From positions 21,576,001 to 21,640,000 of the forward strand of contig CM022671.1 in the NCBI GenBank assembly GCA_012295275.1: a stretch of DNA of 64,000 nt, read 5' to 3'. This stretch comes from Chrysomallon squamiferum. Taxonomy: Eukaryota; Animalia; Mollusca. The position numbers and the translations under genes were made by a program. Shown in pieces: positions 39,701-53,815 of the stretch. The first letter of the stretch is position 1. Each line of letters opens with the position of its first letter. The notes below the pieces were generated by a model, which saw nothing but the letters and a program-made list of their open reading frames with translations, had not been told where the DNA came from and made no database searches.

Positions 39701-40901
39701 TGCAGTTGGTGAGCCTGCAGGCAAGCAATGAATAACATGTCTGAATGTTGTTGTGTTATTACTTAAGAGTACCAAGCATCTGTGCAGTTAATCAAAAGAT
39801 AGAAATTGTTTCTTGATGTCACTTTGGCTGGCTGCCCATCCCAGCAGCAGCAGCAACAGCAGTTGATGATGATGATCAACAGAATAAGCCGACTTGTTTT
39901 AATTCACAGGGATATTTGTTAGTGGCACCAGCAGTCTTTTCCCAAACATCGGATTGGAATACTTCCTCACACTAATTTCCATCAAAGTCTGCTTTCCCCT
40001 CAGTTAAGATATTTAAATGTTAAGGCCAAGAGAATCAAAAATCAATGCTGTAATCTTGGACATTGTGATGAATTCATCATCATGCAGAATCCCTTGTTCC
40101 GTGTTCAGAAATGGTTAGAGAAAAACAAAACAACACTCGCTATTTTCATTAAATGATTCTTCCAACTTGATGTTTTAGAAATAAAAATCAAGTAGTTTTA
40201 ATATTATACTGGTAGTGTAGTAGTTGGAGTTTGAAAATTGTGATGCTCATGGTAGTGGATGATACAGCAGTTGTAATGAGTGATAGTAGTAGTTATAATA
40301 ACAGTTGTAGCAGTGGTGATGACAATATAGTAGTAGTAGTAGTAGTGGTAGCAGTACTGTTGGTAGTAAAATTACTTTATGAGAATGAATCAGCAATGAT
40401 TGTAAATAAGGTACTAGTAGTCCTAAGTAGCTGTAACAGCAGTAATGATAGTAGCTGTAGTAATGAATAGCAGTAGTAGTAATTCTAGTAATAATAGTAC
40501 TAGTAGTAATTTTTATTATTAGTATAGTAATAGTAGATTTAATACACATGTGGTCATTAGATATGTTTTTTTGTTTGTTGTTGTTTTGATAAAAAATATT
40601 TAAGTTACTTGCTATCATGTGTTAAAGATAGTAACTAGATAGGTGAGGATAAAGTAACAGTGGTAGATAACATCATCAGATAAATAACTCAGATAAAAGA
40701 CTGTGTGTGTGATACTGTTGTATGATAAATAAACATATTTTAAAATGTGGTTTTGTGTGTCTTTGTGAAGAGGGGTCTTTTTTATTTATTTGTTTATTTA
40801 CTTTTACTTTTTCCATTTTACTGATTTATTCTTGTTTTATTTCTTTGCTTAATTTTTGTGGGATTTTTTTTTTTAATTTTCTTAAATTTATGTTTGTATA
40901 T

Positions 40902-40935
<34 letters not shown>

Positions 40936-43413
40936 AACTATTTATTTTCGAACAAATAATCTCTTTTTTATATATATATATTCTTCAGCATAGTTCACAA
41001 CAAAAGAGCAAATCATTTTGAAAAATAGACCAAAAAAAAAGAAAAAAAAAGAAAAAAAGCCCTATCATTTTATTATTCACTAACAAGACTATTAACATCA
41101 CAACTGATTGTGTTTTATGTAACTATCATGACTTTCCTTGAGGATTTTATGGCTACAAAGCCCATCAGTTCATCAGGAGTTTTTTCCTTCAAAGATAGCA
41201 GCATTAAGCCTGATATACTGCATTCTCATTCACTAGTGTCAGTTAAATTGACCCATCTTGTGAAAACATAAAGTCAAACTGTATCTCTTTTTTCACTGTT
41301 TATTGTTTCATTCCTCAAAGGCTTCTTTTTTCCCTCCTAATTCTTTCACTGCAACAATGATTCAAGATGGCCGACAGATAAAGCCACAACGTACTAACCC
41401 ACTTTATCTCAACACAGCTCATAATTTATATGTTCTTTCTCTGTGAAATAACATTTTGTGTGGGGAAAAAAAACAACATCTAACCCTAAAAACATCCATT
41501 TGATTTTTTTCTCTTTATTTATAATTATTATAGTTCTGAAATTTAGTAGATGCTGTGAGGTAATTAATTATTCATTTTATTTCTTCTTTTTTTTAACATG
41601 TTTATTTTATTTTTTTTTTTTTTATTACATTTTTATGCACATTCTGAGAACTCTGTTGTCAACATTATGTTGCTGATGTGTTTTTAACGATTATTTTTTG
41701 TGTAATATATTATAGAAGATAATTAATGTATATTTATACAAATGTGTGTCTATATGTGTATGTGTGTGTGTATTGTATATGTATTTGTATACTTGTGTGT
41801 ATGTATGCTTGTATATATGTGCATTCATTCATGTATATATGTATAAATGTATGCATGTATGTATTTATTAGTGTGTATGTATATATGAATGTGTGTGTAT
41901 ACATGTGCATGTATATTTCTTATGTCCACTTGAAACAGTTAAAATTTTAAAGGCCTCAGCAACAGCCTTAAATAGTGAATGATTTAGGAGCATGAGCTGG
42001 AATTGGAATTAACTGTTTATCATCAGAGGGGAGGTTACTTTGACAAATAAACAAGCAATTAACCTATTTCTGAGCTAAGCCTTTTAAAATTAAAAACAAA
42101 ACACACAGAAACAAAAATGAACAGAACCTTTTTTTCTACATTTTAAAAACAAAATCTTCAACCTATTGTGTAATATTACTTCACTTCAATATTTCATGAA
42201 AAACAGAATTGCCTATGGCTATGGAATTATTAATAATGATGATGGAGTAGCATGTTTTGATACTTTAAAATAGAATATGTTCACTTTTTTTCTCTCAGTA
42301 TAACAAAATGAATGGTTACACATATTGATTTAAAAAAAAAAAAAAAAAAAAAAAATGAAGTGATATGTTTTTTTTTTTTATGTATTAATGAAAAAATGGT
42401 AAAGTTCAACAAGTACAAATTGAAGAAGTGTGTGTGTGTGTGTTTATGTATGTATATATATAATATATGTATATGTATATATAGATACTCATACATACGC
42501 ATACATATATACATATATATATTCATACATACATACACACGTACATACAAACACACACACACACATATATATACATACAAACATACTTGCATGCATGTTT
42601 CAGCTTACTGCAAGATGGCTTATCAATTACTGATTAAACTAAAAAGAATAAAACCAAGTAACAAGTTTAACAGAGAATGTAATAACCTCCAATGAATGAT
42701 TTATCACATCTTTTATGACTTGTGTTATGAACTAAATCAAAAGTATTTTACTATCATATTTATAGCACCTTTAAAATAAAAACAATCACACATTATTGAA
42801 AGATGGTTTATCTGCTATAAAACATAATTATATAACTAGCACAGCTGTGCAGTAATCAAGTCTGTGATTAGTGATATCATTTATGGCATGTATGTTATGT
42901 GCTAAACCACAAATATGTAGGTATATGTATTTTCCAATGAACAGATTGCTTAATGTGTGTTATAATAATAATAATAATAAAATAAAATATATATATAATT
43001 TATTATTATTATTATCACACACATCTGTTCATTGGAAAATGAGCTATAAGTAATTTTTGTGTCAGATTCCTGAATTGATAAAAGCACTTATAAGACAAAT
43101 ACAATAATGGTTGAATCTGATGGAGCATACAAAGTTGAGAGATGAAGAGAATATCAGTGCTGAGCTGCTGTTTCTTACTGCAGTAAATGAAGAAAATAGT
43201 AGTGGTGTGAATACCTCTAAGTGAAAATGCCCAAATCTCATTATCCACATCAATTTATTTACATTGGCATTATTGCCAAACTACTGGAAAGTGGTACATT
43301 CAATTCACTTTTATATTACATTCTTACTCCTACTGGAATGTTCACAGTATAAGTAGAATGAGAAATTGTAATAATGAAATGCTATTATGTTCATCAGAAT
43401 AGAAATACTAGCT

Positions 43414-43980
43414 TCAGCATAGGGGCCAAGACAGTTGCCTCTTGTACTCTGAATATTTCCAGTAAGTTTGCCCAAATGATGAGCATTGCTTGAAGTGCAA
43501 GTTGCCTCTTCCTTCTACCATTTTGCCTTTAGCCTTTCTATCCTTTGCCATTCTATTCCTAGCATGCTTCCTCCCACAGCCCTTTTTGCCCTTTGCTGTA
43601 TCACCCTGTAGCTCACACATCTATGCTTGCCTCAATATTATATTTATCACTGCTGAAGACTTTAATGTTGTTAAGACTGGACTTGATGGACAACATGTTC
43701 CTGCTTGTTCTTCATCCACAGATATGTCCAGCTGACTCAGTTTTACGATTCTTCAGTTGGCTCTGATAAGATGGCTCCTGATAGTGTCTAGATGAGCAGA
43801 TAGTTCTGTCTGTCATCACTTATCATCATTCTCACTTCTTGGACAGGCAGGGGTGAAGACAGAAGTAATGGTTCATGTTATTTCTGTGGTTGGGTCGCAC
43901 CTACTGCTTTTGATAGTCTGTTATGGATTGGAACTTGACCTCATAATTGAGGGGAATTCCTGCTGACCGCAGAAGTAGAG
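43414..43980 (-). pseudogene. Possible decayed coding relic (TE-derived?)
   Basis: A complex, GC-richer block with a basic Lys/Arg-rich minus-strand frame followed by a Cys-containing segment, interrupted by stops upstream. No family recognised. Confidence 0.25.
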
Positions 43981-44062
43981 AATATGATTTATTACCTGAT
44001 TTTTCTTTTCTTTGTATTTGTCTTTTGGCAGATATATGTATTTAAAAGGCCTAATTGTTGAT

Positions 44063-44095
<33 letters not shown>

Positions 44096-44110
44096 GGGGG
44101 TTTTTTACCC

Positions 44111-44248
44111 CAGGGTTAAGATTTAACTATAAATTAAAACAGCTAATAATACTTCAAGTTCAGAGAGTATCTCTATGAATTTCAGTCTATAAAAAGGGAC
44201 TCTAAAAATGTTCCTGGCATAGGGCCTCATTACATAAATTTTGCCCTG
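44111..44248. mobile_element. Possible degenerate MITE with CAGGG...CCCTG ends
   Basis: cagggttaagattta at the left versus taaattttgccctg at the right (imperfect TIR). No TSD visible. Confidence 0.3.
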
Positions 44249-44523
44249 TATCTTTCTTATAATATTGTTTTCTTCTTCTTCTTCTTTTTTTCTATCTTCT
44301 GTTATTTCTCTCCTTAATATTTACAGTAATATCAAGTAAATCTGTTAATAAATTGTTGAAAAATAAAAAATCTTTTAGATAAGAGTATTAATATAAAAAA
44401 AAAATATATAAAAAATTTAAATATAAAAAGATTAATGGAATTTATATATATAATAAAAAGAAGTAGACATAATTTGATTTTATTTAATTTAAAAACAAAC
44501 TTCTGATATAATATTAATGTAGA

Positions 44524-44620
<97 letters not shown>
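44524..44620. repeat. Inverted (AAT)n-(ATT)n microsatellite (palindromic)
   Basis: About 13 AAT units directly followed by about 18 ATT units; a similar arrangement of A/T runs occurs at 13057-13085. Confidence 0.9.
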
Positions 44621-44622
<2 letters not shown>

Positions 44623-45970
44623 ACAGTAGATTTGGCAGAAGAAATGAATATCACAGGTGTCCTAGGCAACAAGTTAGTAGATGAACATTTTCCAGACGTC
44701 ACGTTATTGATACGTCTGCTATTTTCATTGAAGATGTCTGCTTGTGTTCATGGATGCAGAAAGCATCTTGCATTGGATTCACCATGCTTTTATAACATAA
44801 GTATAATTTTCACTTTAATTCTGAATGCTCCACAAAATTCACTTTCCTGTCGGCATTAATGACTTCTTTATTAAAGAATTTCTTTCCCATTTCTCTCTTT
44901 TCTTTCTGCTTGTTAAAATGGATCCTCAGATTAATTATACATATACATTAAGATTAATGGAGTGTGGGTTGGTGTGGGTTATCTAGTACAAAGCTAAATC
45001 ACATGTCAAACTGCAGCAAGATTCTCCTCTTAATTTGTTCTTCTTTTTTTTTTCTTTTTTTCTTCTTTCTTCTTCTTTCTTCTATTAATTTTCTTTTGAT
45101 TTTTTATTTCTCTTCTTTAATTTTTTTTCATTTTTCTTTTCTTCTGTAATATTTCTTCTTTTTTTGAATATTTTCTTGATTTATTCATTTTCTTGATTTA
45201 TTTTCATTTTCTTCTTCATCTTGTTTTGCATTTCATTCTTTGATATTTGAAAAAATGTCAAGTACTTTGCTGTAATATGCTACAATACATGCATTTTTAT
45301 TTACTTATTTTTTTTAGATGTTTATTCATGTTTACTGTTTGGAAAGGTTGTTCATATATGACAAAAATACTTTATCTGTTGCATTTTTATACATCACTTC
45401 TGAAAAAAAAGTTGAAAAGGCTACAGTTGTGGTTTTAAAAAATTATGAATTTCAAGCATGAGTTGGAACTGGAGATACAATTTACATTATAACATTATTA
45501 GAATTTGATGACAACCCTCTGCTTTGAAACTGATTTATTGTCTGACATAGGTAACTTTATATTCAGAGAAAATAATAAATCAGCTTTGTTCATAATATAA
45601 AATAAGTAAAGTAAATAAGGCAGGTTAATGTTAGTATAAATAACATGCTTTCAGTTTACTGGTTTTTGCAGGGTTGTTGTTGTTGTTATTTTGTATCTTG
45701 TTTATTGGTGGTTTTGTGTATGAGTTGTGTATATGTGTGTGTATGTGTGTGTTTGTATGTTTTCAGGTGTGTTTATATGTTTGTGGGGGGTGAGGTTGAC
45801 TGGATGTGTGTTTGTGTTTATATAAATGTATGGACATTTTACATGTATATTTTGGTAACAATGGATGTTGTTTTGTTGTCATTTTTCTGGAATATTCTTT
45901 TATTCTTTTTAATTTTGATTATAAAATACAAAACTGACTTTTTCAGTCAGTTAGTACTTTAGAAAGAAAA

Positions 45971-46009
<39 letters not shown>

Positions 46010-47780
46010 AAATATTTATCTTTACATTTCTAAAATGATCTCTGAATGGAAATCTCATTGGTACAATAATCCAGTTATTTAATGAAGTGGTGCACTCTTT
46101 TATCAAATTATTTATTTATTTTTAATTTAATCAGTGGACCTGCTGGAAAGCATTAATCATTTTTATTTTAACTCTTGACTTTTTCTTACTGGAGTTAACT
46201 AAATAGAAAAGATAGCTCTAAAAACATGACATTTTTATTAACTTCCTTCCTGACTTCACAGAAATAACAGGTGTTTGTAATTGTCAGAAATCATTATTTG
46301 GTTTTATCTCTAAGGCAAATGGGGTAAAAACAAATGGGGAGCACAGTGCCTCACATTTATTAGCAAAAGCAGTCTTTTGAACTGACTGTTGAAATCAGCA
46401 ATAAATTCAAATACAGAAAAATTATCGGAGTCTGATAAGAAATGAAATTTAAAAGCATGCACTTATATTGAAAAGGAAGTCATCTTTATTACAGTAGCCC
46501 CAGAATTTAGCTGTGTCAAAAAAGAGGTGAAGAAATTCTTCTTCATTAAAGTGAGGTCTGTTAAATCAAGGATTTGGGATAATCATATGTGTGTGTGTAT
46601 ATTGTTTTTTTTTTTTTTTTTAAATGACTATTTTATTCTGTTTCAGAATCAATCTAAATATGAAATGACCTTTTGGTTTGATAAGACATGAAATTTAAAA
46701 GCATGCATTTGTGATTAACTAAAATGTTTAATAATCTTTTAGACTGAATTTAAACATTAAATGAAAACAATGAGATGAAATAAAGAATTTTTTTTAAAGA
46801 TGTTATTCTTGATAATACTTTAAGGTAATATACTGCATGTTATAGCTATATATTCATTTTGTTACTCATGAATTATCACCATCATCATTATTATCATTAC
46901 CATAACTATTCAACATTTTTTAAATAATAAGTAATACAAAACTATTTCAAAAATAAAATCCTTAAAAAAAGTAACATTTTATAACATTTTTTTCAATTAC
47001 ATTGTGTGTTTTTTAATCATCCTCATCAACATCGATAATCGACATCTTTAAATAATAAGAAACAACAAAAGCTATTCCAGAATAATGTGCTTTAAAAAGA
47101 AATGAAAAGTTTATTACACTTTTGAATAACATTAAGTGGCAATAAATGTTAAATAAAAATTAACCGCCAAACACGCAGCAGGCTAGGGAGGAGGAGGAGG
47201 AGGTGGGGGGGATAGTGTTCAGACATATTCTCCTGCAATCAGGGAAAGCTTTGAATGCTCTCTCTACACTTATTTTCCACGATTTATTTGCAGCACACAG
47301 AGATTTAGCAACAACTAATGCGGGTTACGGCTGTGTATATCGCCACGGAGACTAAGTTCTTTCTCCGTTAAGAGGCCTAATCCAGCCACAAACTCTGATG
47401 AGATTGATTTATTGTTGCAGATACAAATCATGGCTTCCAGTGATTGGTAAAAGTTTCTTCGAAAGAAGTCCTTGGCTTGCAGTTTATTGTTTTAGATAAC
47501 TTGTGTTGTTGTTCGAGCGGTACATATCAGTAGCTGTATTGATATAAACAGATAGTGAGAGTTTTGCTTTTTCACTCGCTGAATCAGGTGTGGTTTAAAT
47601 GGGAAAGTTAAGTTGAGTTTCTTTACACTGTTGAGTATATTTGTTTGTAGTACCAGCGTATTTTGATCTTTTCGTTTAATGAATGGTCTAAATTACTAGG
47701 AACTTGCCACCATCTTTGCTTTTGCTATTCTTAGCAGTTATTTGCAGTTAGAAACAAAGAATCTTTTATAGGCACAGTAT

Positions 47781-47840
47781 AGGCAAACACATACCATGGG
47801 TTGTTGATAAACCAGTAGTGGAGCACCATGTGGAATGGGA
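47781..47840 (-). mobile_element. SINE central-domain fragment
   Basis: The reverse complement ...ctactggtttatcaacaacccatggtatgtgtttgcct aligns with 59690-59727 and 58405-58437. Confidence 0.5.
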
Positions 47841-48585
47841 TATTTTGTTTATATTTAAATAAATAAATGTGTTGTGTTTGTTTGTGTGTGTGTGCTTGTG
47901 TGTGTGTATTGTTGTTGTTGTTGTTTTCTTGAATTCTTTGTGTTTCAAACAGAATTTAAATCAATTTGTTAAAAAGCAGAAAGGGATATATAAAGGTTAT
48001 ATCATAAACTGTGCCTAAAACCTTGTAGGTAATGATCACTTCATTTTACAAAACAGTTATCAGAAAGCATGAAACACTTGTGATATTTCAAAGAATCAAT
48101 TAACAGTTTATTCAGAGAAAGAGAAAATAAAATGAAAGAAAAAAAATATATATATATTATATATATAAAAATCAATTGATTATTAGCAGAATAAATAAAT
48201 AAATTATCAGCTAAATATGTTTTTCTTTCCTTGCTGAAAATGTTCAGACACGGCTAGAACTGACACCATTAGTGAGTAATCTTTTGACAGACAAAAGTCT
48301 TCAGGGTTATATTTGTAGCTAATGCATTATAGATTTATTCTCATAAAACTGCAGTCTGAAGACAGGGAACTCTGAGGAAATTATAAGTTACAGAATGATG
48401 GTGCAGTGCAATTTTAATAAATGTCACATCTAAGATTTGAAATAAGTGTTGAAAAGTTAAAGTGTCTTTTGTCCAGCAACAACACTGCTAAAATACTTTC
48501 TGTCATTGGTTATTACAGTACTGACATTTAATACATCTTGCAGCAAAAATATTTCAGATATTTAGTGTGTCTGTGAAAGTCTTTA

Positions 48586-48715
48586 GAAGGAGTCTGCCAT
48601 GTATATTTCCGGTAGCAATAAGGGATCTGTGTGTGTGTGTCTGTGTGTGTGTATGTATGTATGTATGTGTGAATGTATTTTGAAAGGACACTATGTACCA
48701 CAGCCTTTCATACCT
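48586..48715 (-). mobile_element. SINE fragment interrupted by a (TG)/(TATG) microsatellite
   Basis: The reverse complement gives ggtatgaaaggctgtggtacatagtgtcct...agatcccttattgcta, in the same order as the copy at 59690-59790. Confidence 0.45.
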
Positions 48716-48947
48716 ACTCATTCAAATAACCCAAATGATTAACTATGTGACATAAAATCAAAATTAATTGAGTGGTTAATAATGGCTGTCTAGTTATAAC
48801 GATTGAGTGGCACAGTTTAAGTTTATGTATTTATATAGCTGATTGTCTGTCCATCCAGCAGACTGTTTGTTATGCTATATCAGGATTTGAACTGACTGAA
48901 GTTTGCTTTTAAACTGTCAGTTAAATTCTTGGGTTATTTTAATAATT

Positions 48948-48978
<31 letters not shown>

Positions 48979-49508
48979 TATTTTTTCTTAACATCAGTTA
49001 TATTTTATCTGTCAAATTATTTTAAAACAAACTTCAAAATATTACTACTCAGATAATTTATTATCATTGTTTTTATTATATATTTTTTATTTCTTTGTTT
49101 TTTAGTTATTTATTTTTGAATTTATTTATTAATATTATTACTTATTTATCTTTATTTTTGAATTTTTTTTGGCAAATAATCCAAAAATAAAATAAAGGTT
49201 ATCCGCCTATCATCTGCTCATTTGATCAAAACACGCCTTTCGTGGACCCAGTCTCTTAATGTGTACTTTGGATTCAATTTATTTTCATGTCCGCGTCCAC
49301 TAAATAATAATGAACACCTTCCTGTTAATTCAGCAGTTTGAGATAAATTGAGGACTTACAGAGAAGAGGAAATTCTGCTGTCACTCCCAATGTAGCAATT
49401 AACAGCATGCGGTCTTTTATTATCATATCTGCCCACGGAAAGGACGGGCTCGTTCATCAGTCTTTGAAATATTGGCAGCAGAAATCAGGTTATTGTGCCA
49501 GCAAGCCC

Positions 49509-49543
<35 letters not shown>

Positions 49544-50074
49544 TTACTTTGTCTGTAATTTGGTTAAAACATTTTTTTTTTTGAATAAAATATATTGGTC
49601 TATTATTTATTCATCATTAATTTTTATTTTTATTTATTTATTAGATTTTGGGGGGGGTTTGTTTTGTTTTAATTTGTTTTATTATTTTTTTGTTTTATTT
49701 ATTTATTTATTTTTGTTTTATTATTCATTTATTTATTGTATATTATGTTTTTATTTTATTTTAACATTTTATTATTATTATTTATTTTACACTATTCTCT
49801 CTATTTTTTTTTTTTATCTATTTTTTTATTTTATATATATATATATATTTTTCATATATTTTTTGTGAATGGTTATTAATGTAAATACCAAGTAAATATT
49901 TCTCTTGGTTTCTCACTGTCTCACATGTATACACAGAATTAACTTCAGTGTCAGGTTAACAAAAGTAGAATAGATGCTAACATGATACTTTTTGTTTGTA
50001 CACACAATATAATAAAACTGAAGAAAATTCTGTTAGAATTGTAACTGTGTCTATTATGGATATGAAAAAAAACA

Positions 50075-50285
50075 CTTGGCTAACATAAAAGAAGAGACAA
50101 AAAAATAATAAAAATGACTAAGATAAAATAAAAACAAATAAAAACAATGGCTAATATAAAACAAAGTCTAACATAAAACAAAAGAAAAACAATAATAATG
50201 GCTAACATAAAACAAAAACTTCAACATAAAGCATATATAACATTAAAAACAACAGTGCCTAACATAAAACAAGAGACAAATAACA
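50075..50285. repeat. Degenerate A-rich repeat (ggctaacataaaacaa)
   Basis: About 6 copies. Confidence 0.65.
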
Positions 50286-50550
50286 ACAACATTGAATATA
50301 TCTCTCTAGAGTAGATGAAGCTAATACATTTTCAGTGAATCAGTATGGAATTAATCTTCAGTGGATCAAAATATGGGGAGAGCATGTACCAGATACAGCA
50401 AAGTATCATTTCAGTTAAATAAAAGTGTGATTGCAGCAAATCTTCCACAGAATAAAAAAAAGAGGTCAAGACTTATTGGATATTTGACCATGGATTTGGT
50501 CAGATGTAAATTAGGTGCTTGCCATATGTGAATTAAATCAATATTTGTTT

Positions 50551-50584
<34 letters not shown>

Positions 50585-51944
50585 ACGTTTTAATAGTCAT
50601 TATCTGGACTAAAACTGTTAAAAAGATTCAAGAGCAAAAAGTAAATGTGAGACTTATACACATTCAAGAAGTTTTAAACTTAAAATAAATTATTATTTTA
50701 GTGCTTTATCACCTAATTTCCAGAATTATTGCAAAGACTGTTGCCTAGTAACAAAGGAAATCTTTTTATATTCAGGAATAAAGAGGAAAAAAACAAGAAA
50801 AAACAGTTTCTGAGCCAGAGTTAAAACAAGAAACTGAAAAAAAAAAAAAAAAAAGTAAAAAAAGAAAAAAAAAAAGAGTTACGAGCAAGCAAACAGTATG
50901 TTCTTGTCTTTGTTTGTCTGAACCAGGCAATGTGCTACTTGGTATGTTTTGTTTGTTTTCCTTCATTATATCTAAGACTTTATAGTGTGGCTCGAAGCAG
51001 TGTAGAGTCACGGTCAATTTCTGATTGATTGTAGAGTCAATAGACAGCAAATCAGAGAGAGAGAGAGGACTGCCAAAACGCACAGAACAGGTGCACCAAG
51101 GTAAATGGTAAGCACCGCTCTACAAATTACCCTTATTGCTACAGTATTTGGCACAATGGTGAAATTCCCATGCAACCATAGAAGATCCTTGATTGGGAAA
51201 AGAATCTACAGGATTTTGCCTATTAGACAAGCTCAAATTAAATTAAAGTCAGATGGTTTTATTCCAAGCGTTACATTTTTAATGTTCCTGTTTTCTGTGG
51301 AAGATGTGAGGTAATATTTTGATGAAGATGATGGATTAGATTATGAACATTTTTAGATGTTTACTTCATTTGTTAGTTTCTGCGTTAATGGTAGAAATTT
51401 AGGATCATCTATACAGACCTATAGACACATATTTTAAATTATACAGATGCACATACATACATACACACACAAAAGATTATATACATATACACACACACAG
51501 ACATTCAGATACAAAATTATACATATATACATACATACATAAATACATATATATATATATAAATCCATATATTCATCCACCCATCCATCCATTCATAAAT
51601 GGGCACATACACACATAGTTATACACACAGAAAACTGCAATAAATATATACATACATGTTTTATTTTACAAAGGAATTATTTAGTTATCTCGTACGAAAC
51701 CCATGAACTACTAGAGGATGTACAATATCTGTGGAGTGGTAATGATGACCTGGTTACAAAAGGAAATGATTCTCTACTCTTGTTAAAGTGAACTGGACCC
51801 TACAGAGGAATAATGGCCTGCCCGTTGCAATAGTCAAACATTCACAGGATTTGATGAAGCAAATGAAATTCAATAGAACATTAATGAAACAGGGAAATAC
51901 TACTTGTGTTTATTAAAGCAGTTCGTACTCACTGATGCAGTAAT

Positions 51945-52320
51945 GTAATACCAGTTTACAGTAGGAAAATATCAGTTGTATCTTACTGAAAGAAAATCAG
52001 ATAATTAGGAATGGTAACAGTATTTCAGAAACAATAAGGAAATATTAATGCAAATCAGATAAAATGAAGTAGAAACACAGTACTGATTTTACAACAGGAA
52101 AATATCAGTTGTATCTTAGTGAAAGAAAACTAGATGGTTAAGGAACGATAACAGCATATCAGAAAGAATAGGAAAATATTAATGCAAATCAGTTACAATG
52201 AAATTGAAACACTACCAGTTTACAATAGGAAAATATCAGTTGTATATGTTTACAATTTTAATGCAAATCAGATACTGTGAAATAGGAACACAGTACTAGT
52301 TTACAATAGGAAAATATGAG
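51945..52320. repeat. ~130-bp tandem repeat (cagtttacaataggaaaatatcagttgtat...taatgcaaatcag)
   Basis: Two full and two partial copies. Confidence 0.8.
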
Positions 52321-53729
52321 ATACACACATAAATACACACACATACATATACATACATACACCCACACATGCATACATACACACATGCACATATACACAC
52401 ATACACACATACATACATACATACATACATATCTGCATACAAAAGTACACAGGGACTTACACGTGCACACGTACCAACATACATACATATACAGCTAACT
52501 TCTGGTGTGGACATAAAGCAAAAACAGCTGACACAGGAATCTTTGGGCTGCAGAAACGCTTTCTGACAGGTTGTATTATGGGTCTGTTTGCAAGTTAAAC
52601 AACTGACATGGGGAAACACTTTATGATCAAGCCACTGGTGATATTTTCATTGCAGACAGTTAATCTATGGAAGTTATACTGTAGTACACTTCATCAGTGT
52701 TTGGCCATTCCTGCCAAGATGAAGTTGTTGTCAAATATTGACAATAATTTAGAGTTACATTTCAGGAGTACAGTCATAAATTGTATTACTGATTATGGCA
52801 GTGAAGAAGAAAAAGAACTGAGTTTGCAGTAAATTATCTGCTGGGATAATTATAATGTAGATGTCAAAACACTTTGATAAGGTTCTTGATGTAATTAAAG
52901 TTATACTTCAGTGCAAAGTACTGGAATAATCTAAACATTATCCATCCGAAATTATATGTAAACATAGCACATATGTTCCTACATACACTCATACAAACTT
53001 ACATACATACATACATACATACTGCTGTGCACACCTACATACATAAAATGAATTGAATTATATTGTATAAACTATCTATAATACTTCTATATACTCGTAT
53101 AAATGCAGTCATTCCTCGTCATATCATTTAACATTAGAAACAGTAGTCAAGTTTTTAACTTTCAATGTAACACAAGAAGCAGTACATCTTACAGTCAGAG
53201 AATTTGCATCCTATTTAAGCAGGCAGTCGGGTTAACCAAATTATTTCCAAACACCACACAAAAACCACCAGCATATGGATTTGACGTTTTTAACTTTGTG
53301 TATGTTGAAAAGATAAGCCACAGTTCTCCTTGATGCAAGAGAGAGAGAGAGTATTTCGACGTCTGCATAAGAAGGTTAGTTAACAAATAACTGTGTTTGC
53401 TCATTCATTGTCTCTTTCTATACCGCTATGCTGTGTTACCGAAAATGCAATTTCCTTGCCTACCAGACCTAATAATTTAGTCACAGTATAATGGAGTTTT
53501 GCACCCATGATATTTACATTTGAGTTTATCATCAATTCCATTTTTTTTTTTTTTTCCCCAAGCTTAACTTGCACATAGTAAGCAGAAGCAGTGACTTGTC
53601 TTTGCTTTATTTTGTGGATTGCATCCTTTATCTCTGCTTCTACCCTTATTCTATTTCTTTCTTCTTTTTCTGCCTCTTAATTGTGGTATCTCTTCTCCTC
53701 TGATATCTCTTCCATTTGTTTTCCCTACC

Positions 53730-53815
53730 AGATTAGAGCAACTGAAAACCCTGGGCTTGGAGACCTTGAGACACAGATTTAATAACCTCATTCTCTTTAT
53801 CTACTCAATCAAAGT
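53730..53815 (+). mobile_element. Possible LINE ORF2 C-terminal relic
   Basis: Translates to RLEQLKTLGLETLRHRFNNLILFIYSIK, resembling the LxxLxLxTLxxRR...L..YKI tail of CR1/L2-group LINE ORF2. The fragment is short. Confidence 0.3.

Noticed and set aside
48848-48860. tgtccatcc (CPS) as a candidate next MTO1 exon
   Set aside because: No preceding Tyr codon or acceptor in the right phase, and no IESK continuation.
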